Assembly (NCBI GenBank): GCA_964016885.1
Contig: OZ024740.1
Location: 108,376,001-108,440,000 of the forward strand
DNA: 64,000 nt
Source of the DNA: Eledone cirrhosa
Taxonomy: Eukaryota
Direction: 5' to 3'
The position numbers and the translations under genes were made by a program. Positions 17,262 to 27,928 of the stretch are shown here, piece by piece. How positions within the stretch are numbered: the first letter of the stretch is position 1; each line of letters begins with the position of its first letter. Under the pieces are notes generated by a model. The model was not told the origin of the DNA. It was given only the letters and a program-made list of their open reading frames with translations, and did not search any database.

Positions 17262-19160
17262 GAAATAGTTGCTGAGATGCTGAAGGCATCTGGCACGGTG
17301 GGACACACCATGGTCACTCTCATAGTTAACCATGTCGTACAGAATGGGGTTGTTCCGAAGGACTGGCATAGCAGCATCATCGTTAACTGTTATAAGGGTA
17401 AAGGAGACGCCCTAGATAGGAGTAACTATAGAGGCATTAAATTAATCGACCAGGTCATGAAGGTCACGGAAAAAGTAATAGCGCAACTAATCAGAGAGAG
17501 AATTGACCTAGATGAAATGCAGTTCGGGTTTGTGTCAGGCAAAAGTACCACAGACGCTCTTTTCATAGTACGACAACTACAGGAGAAGTTCCTAGCTAAA
17601 GGTAAACCCCTATACTTAGCTTTTGTCGACTTGGAGAAAGCCTTCGACAGAGTCCCCCGCTCCATTATCTGGTGGGCTCTTAGAAAACTAGGCGTTGACG
17701 AATCGCTTGTGAGGGCTATACAAGCCATGTATAAAGAAACAGTCAGCAAGGTTAGAATTAACAACGAATATAGTGAAGAGTTTAGCGTAAAAGTTGGCGT
17801 CCATCAGGGCTCTGTTCTCAGCCCCCTACTATTTATTATTGCCCTTCAGGCTATAACAGAGGAGTTCAAGACAGGCTGCCCATGGGAACTCCTATACGCA
17901 GATGACCTAACTCTCATAGCTGAATCAATGGCCGAGCTAGAGAAGAAATTCCAAACATGGAAGCACGGCCTAGAATCAAAAGGCCTTAAAATTAACATGG
18001 CTAAGACTAAAGTTCTAGTTTGTAGGAAAGAAAATAAGGCGCCGGTCCCTTCCAGGAAATGGCCATGCTTAGTGTGTAGGAAAGGCGTAGGTAGAAACTT
18101 CATTTTATGTCCCAAATGCAAAGTATGGGTGCATAAAAGATGTAGTGGGATCACAGGTAAGCTAACTAAGAACACAGATTTTACATGTGGCCGGTGCTCT
18201 GGTGCAATAAGTAGCAGCAAGTGCCCACAAAATACTAGCTCTTTCAACTGCGCAGGGGGTTCTATAGAAATAGTGGACAGCTTCCGTTACCTGGGTGACA
18301 AAATCAGCAGTGGGGGAGGGTGCTCCGAAAGTACAGTAGCTAGAGTCAGAACTGGATGGAAAAAGTTCAGAGAGCTTATACCACTATTAGCCGCTAAAGG
18401 TTTCTCCCTAAAAGTGAAAGGCAGGTTGTATGATGCCTGCATACAAACAGCAATGTTGCATGGCAGTGAGACCTGGGCATTGTGTGCAGAGGATATACGC
18501 AGACTAAGGAAAAAATTACAAATAAGAGGGATCAGATGTTGTTTACTCGAGAGAAGGCTACGTTGGTATGGTCACGTGATGCGCATGAAAGACGACAGCT
18601 GTATAACAAAGTGCAGGGCAATAAAGATAGATGGTAGCCACGGAGTAGGCAGACCCAGACAAACCTGGGACGAGCTGATAAATTCCGACCTCACACACCT
18701 ACACCTCTCCAAGACAATGTCACTGGACCGAGACGGTACTCAGTAACTGAGAAGACCCGCGTTACCTAAATACAAAGTAAAACCTACTACAGTCAGTAGG
18801 CATCTCTAACAAAATACACCCCCGTCCCACCACCCCCACCCCATCCACACCGCCCCTTTCAATGTAAAGTTATGTTGGTGCCACAAAATCCAGGCCGAAA
18901 CAAATGAGATCGTGTAGGTGTCACGAAAAAAAAACACACAGTCCACGCTGTAATGTGACCGTGTAGGCAACACGGTAAAAACCTCCCAGCCCCACACTGT
19001 AAATGTGGTTGGTGTTAGGAAGGGCATCCGACTGTAGAAAACCCGCCAGACAGTCCTATGTGAGCAAGACAACCACTCTTGCCTCAAGTGGGAAAACTCC
19101 CGTCCAAACCCATGCAAGCATGGAACACGGACGTTAAGCGTTGATGATGATGATGATGAT
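17262..19160 (+). mobile_element. RTE-clade LINE, 5'-truncated; RT plus PHD-like finger
   Basis: ORF 17277-18746: NYRGIKL, QFGF, FVDLEKAFD, GVHQG, YADD, FRYLG, RRLRWYGHV. Small internal deletion, (GAT)n tail. Confidence 0.92.
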
Positions 19161-19384
19161 AATATTTATTTATATATATATACTTATATATATAAATTTA
19201 TATATATATATTTATATATATATATTTATATATATATATTTATATATATATATAAATTTATATTTATAAATTTACATATATAAATTTACATATATAAATT
19301 TATATATATAAATTTATATATATAAATTTATATATATAAATTTATATATACATTTATATATATACATTTATATTTATATATATT

Positions 19385-19418
<34 letters not shown>

Positions 19419-19516
19419 TATATATATATATTTATATATATATATTTATATATATATATTTATATTTATATATATATATTTATATATATATTTATATATA
19501 TATATATTTATATATA

Positions 19517-19591
<75 letters not shown>

Positions 19592-19592
<1 letters not shown>

Positions 19593-20210
19593 TGAATGTA
19601 TATATAGTGTATTTTGCAATACACTTTATGCTTAATTAAAAGCATTTTGAAGACCTTATGCTATTGTTTTAGAGCAGTGACAGACTCACTTACTTTAATT
19701 TCAGCAAACAGGGGGAGATAAAGCTGACAGGGCCTTGCTTCTGCATTTATTGATGCTTATCAAAGCCAACTACTCCTCAATAGCATAAGGTCTTCAAAAT
19801 GCTTTTAATTAAGCATAAAGTGTATTGCAAAATACACTATATATACATTCATATATATATGGCTATTTCAGAGCACCAATTCTAATTTTTAATTTCTGCT
19901 TGACCGGCAACCGCTCTGTATAATCAGTTCCTGATTATTTACTAGAATTCTATAAGAACATAACATCCGTGATTTCAGCAAACGGGAGGAGTAGTTGGCT
20001 TTGATAAGCATCAATAAATGCAGAAACAAGGCCTTGTCAGCTTTATCTACTCCTGTTTGCTGAAATTAAAGTAAGTGAGCCTGTCACTACTCTAAAACAA
20101 TAGCATAAGGTCTTCAAAATGCTTTTAATTAAGCATAGAGTGTATTGCAAAATACACTATATATACATTCATATATATATGGCTATTTCAGAGCACCAAT
20201 TCTAATTTTT

Positions 20211-20213
<3 letters not shown>
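19592..20213 (+). mobile_element. ORF-less HHR element with PLE-type architecture (partial tandem repeat plus inverted 5' block)
   Basis: 19592-19778 is the reverse complement of 19986-20172. 19778-19892 directly repeats at 20098-20212 (period 320). HHR at 19997-20042. Confidence 0.8.
19972..20066 (+). ncRNA. Type I hammerhead, U3-A8 variant with long stem I
   Basis: atttcagcaaac..ggagtag..ggct-TTGATAA-gcat caataa atgc a-GAAA-caaggccttg-TC-agct..ctactcc tgtttgctgaaat. The inverted copy at 19722-19767 has GAAG. Confidence 0.78.
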
Positions 20214-20273
<60 letters not shown>

Positions 20274-20296
20274 ATATATATATATTTATATATATT

Positions 20297-20347
<51 letters not shown>

Positions 20348-20452
20348 TTATATATTTATATATATATATTTATATATATATATATATATTTATATATTTA
20401 TATATATTTGTATATTTATATATATTTATATATTTATATATATTTATATATT

Positions 20453-20484
<32 letters not shown>

Positions 20485-20662
20485 CATATTTATATATTTA
20501 TATATTTATATATTTATATATATATATATTTATATATTTATATATATATTTATATATTTATATATATATTTATATATATATTTATATATATATTTATATA
20601 TATATTTATATATATATTTATATATATATTTATATATATATTTATATATATATATATTTATT

Positions 20663-20693
<31 letters not shown>

Positions 20694-20728
20694 AATTTAT
20701 ATATATATATATAATATATATTTATATT

Positions 20729-20781
<53 letters not shown>

Positions 20782-20942
20782 TTATATATATATTTATATA
20801 TATATTTATATATATATTTATATATATATTTATATATATATTTATATATATATTTATATATATATTTATATATATATTTATATATATATTTATATATATA
20901 TTTATATATATATATTTATATATATATTTATATATATATATT

Positions 20943-20996
<54 letters not shown>

Positions 20997-21075
20997 TATA
21001 TATATATTTATATTTATATATATATTTATATTTATATATATATATATATTTATTTATATATATATATATATTTAT

Positions 21076-23211
21076 ATAAATTGAAACAAAATGAAAACGA
21101 AATTTCATTTCTCACTCTTAGTATGGCACTTACTTAAATGTAAGTATGCATGTATACGTACATACATATATGTATACAGACGTACAGTAGCACGCACATA
21201 TATATATATATATACATATATATATACATATGCATGCAGGTACACATACATATATGCACGTATCAGTTTAGCGGCGCTAACGTCGCTTTGTTCGTTTGTA
21301 AACAAACTGAACAGCCTGAATTTATGCCATACGGTGTTAAGGCAACCACGTCACCTTTTTGTTCAACACTGACACAGGAACGATGTACTAGTTTCAAGCT
21401 TGTTAGCTATCATCAGCACCGTTTACCCATCTGCCAGATAGTTGAACGTTCGAAAGTATATACTTTCCTTATGAAAATTAACGGCTGAGCAGCCTAATTT
21501 GCATATTGAGTGAGTTAAATCGGTCAGGCATACCGAAAACGATAAATTGAAACAAAATGAAAACGAAATTTCATTTCTCACTCTTAGTATGGCACTTACT
21601 TAAATGTAAGTATGCATGTATACGTACATACATATATGTATACAGACGTACAGTAGCACGCACATATATATATATATATACATATATATATACATATGCA
21701 TGCAGGTACACATACATATATGCACGTATCAGTTTAGCGGCGCTAACGTCGCTTTGTTCGTTTGTAAACAAACTGAACAGCCTGAATTTATGCCATACGG
21801 TGTTAAGGCAACCACGTCACCTTTTTGTTCAACACTGACACAGGAACGATGTACTAGTTTCAAGCTTGTTAGCTATCATCAGCACCGTTTACCCATCTGC
21901 CAGATAGTTGAACGTTCGAAAGTATATACTTTCCTTATGAAAATTAACGGCTGAGCAGCCTAATTTGCATATTGAGTGAGTTAAATCGGTCAGGCATACC
22001 GAAAACGATAAATTGAAACAAAATGAAAACGAAATTTCATTTCTCACTCTTAGTATGGCACTTACTTAAATGTAAGTATGCATGTATACGTACATACATA
22101 TATGTATACAGACGTACAGTAGCACGCACATATATATATATATATACATATATATATACATATGCATGCAGGTACACATACATATATGCACGTATCAGTT
22201 TAGCGGCGCTAACGTCGCTTTGTTCGTTTGTAAACAAACTGAACAGCCTGAATTTATTCCATACGGTGTTAAGGCAACCACGTCACCTTTTTGTTCAACA
22301 CTGACACAGGAACGATGTACTAGTTTCAAGCTTGTTAGCTATCATCAGCACCGTTTACCCATCTGCCAGATAGTTGAACGTTCGAAAGTATATACTTTCC
22401 TTATGAAAATTAACGGCTGAGCAGCCTAATTTGCATATTGAGTGAGTTAAATCGGTCAGGCATACCGAAAACGATAAATTGAAACAAAATGAAAACGAAA
22501 TTTCATTTCTCACTCTTAGTATGGCACTTACTTAAATGTAAGTATGCATGTATACGTACATACATATATGTATACAGACGTACAGTAGCACGCACATATA
22601 TATATATATATACATATATATATACATATGCATGCAGGTACACATACATATATGCACGTATCAGTTTAGCGGCGCTAACGTCGCTTTGTTCGTTTGTAAA
22701 CAAACTGAACAGCCTGAATTTATGCCATACGGTGTTAAGGCAACCACGTCACCTTTTTGTTCAACACTGACACAGGAACGATGTACTAGTTTCAAGCTTG
22801 TTAGCTATCATCAGCACCGTTTACCCATCTGCCAGATAGTTGAACGTTCGAAAGTATATACTTTCCTTATGAAAATTAACGGCTGAGCAGCCTAATTTGC
22901 ATATTGAGTGAGTTAAATCGGTCAGGCATACCGAAAACGATAAATTGAAACAAAATGAAAACGAAATTTCATTTCTCACTCTTAGTATGGCACTTACTTA
23001 AATGTAAGTATGCATGTATACGTACATACATATATGTATACAGACGTACAGTAGCACGCACATATATATATATATATACATATATATATACATATGCATG
23101 CAGGTACACATACATATATGCACGTATCAGTTTAGCGGCGCTAACGTCGCTTTGTTCGTTTGTAAACAAACTGAACAGCCTGAATTTATGCCATACGGTG
23201 TTAAGGCAACC
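21076..23211 (-). repeat. Tandem array, 4.6 x 466 bp, one hammerhead per complete unit (non-LTR retrozyme-like)
   Basis: Units start at 21076, 21542, 22008, 22474 and 22940 and are nearly identical. HHRs at 21379-21423, 21845-21889, 22311-22355 and 22777-22821. Confidence 0.9.
21379..21423 (-). ncRNA. Canonical-core minimal type I hammerhead (repeated every 466 bp)
   Basis: Reverse complement: aacggtg-CTGATGA-t agct aaca agct t-GAAA-ctag-TA-catcgtt. GUA cleavage site between 21386 and 21385. Confidence 0.85.
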
Positions 23212-23257
23212 ATATATATATATTTATTTATATATATATATAATATATATTTATATT

Positions 23258-23306
<49 letters not shown>

Positions 23307-23345
23307 ATATATATATTTATATATATATTTATATATATATATATT

Positions 23346-23384
<39 letters not shown>

Positions 23385-23401
23385 ATATTTATATATATAT
23401 T

Positions 23402-23432
<31 letters not shown>

Positions 23433-23497
23433 ATATTTATATATTTATATATATATATATTTATATATTTATATATATATATATTTATATATATATT

Positions 23498-23530
<33 letters not shown>

Positions 23531-23533
23531 ATT

Positions 23534-23564
<31 letters not shown>

Positions 23565-23595
23565 TTATATATATATATATATTTATATATATATT

Positions 23596-23626
<31 letters not shown>

Positions 23627-23627
23627 T

Positions 23628-23658
<31 letters not shown>

Positions 23659-23739
23659 TTATATTTATATATATACTTATATATATATATATATTTATAT
23701 ATATATTTATATATTTATATATATATTTATATATATATT

Positions 23740-23774
<35 letters not shown>

Positions 23775-24298
23775 ATATTTATATATATATTTATATATAC
23801 ATTTATATATATATTTATATATATATATTTATATTTATATATATATATTTATATATATATTTATATTTATATATATTTATATTTATATATATATATTTAT
23901 ATATATATATTTATATTTATATATATATATTTATATATATATATTTATATTTATATATATTTATATTTATATATATATATTTATATATATATATTTATAT
24001 TTATATATATATATTTATATATATATATTTATATTTATATATATATATTTATATATATATATTTATATTTATATATATATATTTATATATATATATTTAT
24101 ATTTATATATATATATTTATATATATATTTATATTTATATATATTTATATTTATATATATATTTATATTTATATATATATATTTATATATATATATTTAT
24201 ATTTATATATATATATTTATATATATATTTATATTTATATATATTTATATTTATATATATATATTTATATTTATACATATATATTTATATATATATAT
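23212..24298. repeat. (TA)n/TTTA microsatellite
   Basis: Direct inspection. Confidence 0.95.
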
Positions 24299-25021
24299 CT
24301 GCGAAATGTAATGTAAATGCCATTTTTCTTGTCTCTCCTGCCTATCGGTCCATTCATTCATATATCCGTATCATCGCCCAGAATCAAATCTTTTGCTCTC
24401 TCTCAATGCTATTCTATAATTCTGTCTGGTTGTTCTAAATAATCTTCTTGTATTTTAAAATCCCATTATTCGCTTATTATTACTGTTATATGCTTGTCAA
24501 AAATTCGAAGATTTTATTTAAACCCTCTCGTAAAATGCCCCATTTGTTTTTCTAAAATAACAATCTTGTTTGTTTAATTTTGGCCGAAAAATTCTAGGAT
24601 TTATAAAATGGCCTCCTTGTCCCTCTTAATCTTTACCTCCCCCCGACTATATCGTATTACGCGCCGGCTAGTTCACCCTTTCAATCGCTCCCTTCTCTCA
24701 CCAAATATAAATAAACCTGTTACGAGGTACGAATCTCAGAATTTGTCAACGCTTATTAATGGTCAGACCTCGTCGTCCCCTGCGAAATGTAATGTAAATG
24801 CCATTTTTCTTGTCTCTCCAGCCTATCGGTCCATTCATTCATATATCCGTATCATCGCCCAGAATCAAATCTTTTGCTCTCTCTCAATGCTATTCTATAA
24901 TTCTGTCTGGTTGTTCTAAATAATCTTCTTGTATTTTAAAATCCTATTATTCGCTTATTATTACTGTTATATGCTTGTCCAATTATGCCCAAAATTAGAA
25001 GATTTTATTTAAACCCTCTCG
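24299..25021. repeat. Partial tandem duplication, period ~481 bp, unclassified
   Basis: 24299-24530 recurs at 24780-25021. Confidence 0.7.
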
Positions 25022-26131
25022 CTAACTACCCCATACCCCTCCTACCCGCCCCCACTCTCCACCATTATTATTAGGACCAATCATAAGTCAGCGGCCTATG
25101 CTATCACTTCTGGTTGCTTTCCAATATGATGGATGGACTATGGAATTCTGGAGAGTCTGAAAAATCTGGACACTCAGTGACAATGCCAAAGATAAAGACA
25201 AATTCACCTCATGCTGCCGGACAAAAAGGCAAGGACTCCCCCTCTTTGTTTCGGCCGCGAATGGCACAGATAACCCCAACCCCATCCCCCTCACCCCTCC
25301 TCGTGCCCCACCGTTCCCACCCACCAAACGCAATCCAAAACTTCAGAGTTGGTACCATGAATGTAGGCACCTTAAAAGGTCGCTCTAACGAGGTTGTAGA
25401 AATACTTGAACGTAAGGAGGTTGATATTTGCTGTATCCAAGAGACCAGATGGAGGGGTGGGTCTGCTAGATTCATTGTGGGTAAAAAACGATGCTATAAG
25501 CTTTTCTGAGGGGGAAATGACAATGGGCTGGGTGGGGTAGGAATCATGTTAGCAGAAAATTGGGTAGATAAGATAATAGAGTTAAATAGAGTGAACGACA
25601 GAATAATTAAAATAAGACTTGTCCTAAATAGAACTACTGTGACAGTAATATCTGCGTATGCACCCCAATCCGGACTGCCTGGCACCATAAAAGACAGATT
25701 CTATGAGACATTGATGCTCACTACCTCCCAAATAACCGACAGTGACTACAAAATTATTGCTGGCGACCTAAATGGTCACGTTGGACGACATTGTGATGGC
25801 TATGATGGAATCCACGGAGGCTATGGGTTTGGTACTAGAAATGAGGAAGGCTCCAGAATCCTGGAATTCTGTGACGCAAATAACCTAACTATCTGTAACA
25901 CTAACTATCTATCTCTCGTTACGATGGACACATGTGCTGAGCTCGCTCGGTAAGTTTTGTTTAAATTCATCCGGAAATTGTAAACTGTAAACTTTCATTT
26001 GTGTACCATTTTGTAGAGGGACTGCCAGGTCAAACTTTGATCTGGTCAGTCTCTCAAAATATTCTACGCCTTTAGGCGAAATAGTTAAACAAAAAAAGTT
26101 TTTTCTTGTTGAAAAGTTAACATTTTTTAAA

Positions 26132-27904
26132 ATGGCTGAAGCTTCTTCACCAAAATTCGAAGGAGGAAAGGGGAAGATAAACTTACAGCTTCCCCCTGCC
26201 ACTGTCACAGTAGCAGAGGTCAAGAAGAAAGGTCAGCCAGAGGAAGGATTTCCTCCACCTGTTAACCGACAACTTGATGTTGCCATGGCAACAACCCAAA
26301 GAACCAGCGGCACCAGCAACAACAACAACAACAATGCGACGGACGAAAACAACACCAATAACAATAACAACAACAACAAGACCAATAACCGTGACAACAA
26401 CAACAATGATAACAACAACACCACCAACGACAACAACAACACAAACAAAACAAATTTCTCCTTCGCCGAGACGACAAGGAAAACCCTCGACTATCTGCCA
26501 GTAGATATAACCAAAGCGAAGGAGCTACTGGCAGATGCCAAAAAATATATAGTGTACGGGGAAAATGGTTCATTCACAATCCATTCCCCCCCGGAACTAA
26601 AAAGCCAGAGACTCCTAAACACTGTCATGTTTAGGACAATCTCGAACAAAAGTAAAAAACCAGCTCAACCATCACAGAGTGAGATAGAGCTGGTTTTAAA
26701 AGACGTCATGAAGGACATCACCTTCATTCAGAAGGATAGACTCTACGGGAGTCTATCCATTCTCATGAAGGACAGGGACACAGCATTGAAACTGTCCATC
26801 AAACCAATCACATCCACCGCATACACCTTCTACCCTACGTACATGGGTAGAAGAACACAAAAAATAAAAATCCACACCATCCTGCCGATTATGGACATAT
26901 GGTGGGTTTTGACAGGTTTCCTGGACCTGGAGGATGACATGCTGGTGTCCATTGGAAAGGCATCGGGTGACGCGTTCAGTGGAACGAGCCTCGAACTTGT
27001 AGTTCAAATGAGCCCCGAAAGGATCGCCCAGATCCCTGAGCGCGTCATACTGGATGATCTAACCTTCATCAACATTACCGTTGAGGGTAGGCGGCCCTCG
27101 TGTTACCTCTGCGGAACCAGAGGTCACCTGAGGGCTGTCTGTCCCCAACTTAATAAGAAAACCCCAATCCTGCCTACACCACCAACACAATCACCACAAC
27201 TACCACTACAAAAACAACCACCACAGCTCAAACCAAAACAAAACAATGTCCAACCCATCCCCTCCACTCAAAAAACAAAAACAATTTCCAAAACACCCGC
27301 ACCGCAAATACAACCCGAAAATATACCCCTCCCCTCCAACGCGGAAGATGACCCTAGTTCGTCGTCAGACGAGGAGGAGCACTTCCACACAATCAAAAGA
27401 AAAAAAAGAAAACACACCTCAGACACACAAATGAAAACAACCCCTCCCCAAAACATAACACTGACACCAACACAAAAGAGCTCACAACAGCAAACAAAAA
27501 ACACCACACAAAAACAAAAACATGCATACACATACATAAACACAAGAAACAAAAAACTGTTAAACATTGTGTACAACAACAATCTAATAAAAACACAAGG
27601 GCCTAACTTCACCCAGGCAGGGGATTTCCCCCACCTCAAAATGATTAAGGCCCCACAGGACACCTATAAAACTTTAAAAAACAATTTTAAAGAGGACATG
27701 GGTCCCCCCTGCGTCGGGCCCATTAACTGCGTCCTTCTAAAAAATTACCCCACCCCCTCCCCAAACCCCCACACAACTCCAAACTCCCCAACCACACAAC
27801 ACACTGATGCCCCTACACTTCCACAAACCACCACCCCACCCAACAACCCATCCCCTACCCTAATGGAAATTGTGCAGCCCGATACCCGGGACGCAGAGAG
27901 GTAA
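26132..27904 (+). CDS. Tx1 ORF1, gag-like nucleic-acid-binding protein
   Basis: Intact 590-aa ORF with CCHC knuckle CYLCGTRGHLRAVC, an Asn-rich (AAC)n tract and a Pro/Thr-rich tail. Confidence 0.85.
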   Translation: MAEASSPKFEGGKGKINLQLPPATVTVAEVKKKGQPEEGFPPPVNRQLDVAMATTQRTSGTSNNNNNNATDENNTNNNNNNNKTNNRDNNNNDNNNTTNDNNNTNKTNFSFAETTRKTLDYLPVDITKAKELLADAKKYIVYGENGSFTIHSPPELKSQRLLNTVMFRTISNKSKKPAQPSQSEIELVLKDVMKDITFIQKDRLYGSLSILMKDRDTALKLSIKPITSTAYTFYPTYMGRRTQKIKIHTILPIMDIWWVLTGFLDLEDDMLVSIGKASGDAFSGTSLELVVQMSPERIAQIPERVILDDLTFINITVEGRRPSCYLCGTRGHLRAVCPQLNKKTPILPTPPTQSPQLPLQKQPPQLKPKQNNVQPIPSTQKTKTISKTPAPQIQPENIPLPSNAEDDPSSSSDEEEHFHTIKRKKRKHTSDTQMKTTPPQNITLTPTQKSSQQQTKNTTQKQKHAYTYINTRNKKLLNIVYNNNLIKTQGPNFTQAGDFPHLKMIKAPQDTYKTLKNNFKEDMGPPCVGPINCVLLKNYPTPSPNPHTTPNSPTTQHTDAPTLPQTTTPPNNPSPTLMEIVQPDTRDAER

Positions 27905-27928
27905 GTGCCTTTTCTCTTCACCACCAAC

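Noticed and set aside
21091-22886. Repeated 66-112 aa ORFs in the 466-bp units
   Set aside because: Low-complexity, no recognisable domain, and not preserved in the 41.6-kb copy. The conserved feature is the ribozyme.
21076-23211. CRISPR array interpretation
   Set aside because: Units are identical along their whole length with no unique spacers, there are no cas genes, and the context is eukaryotic.
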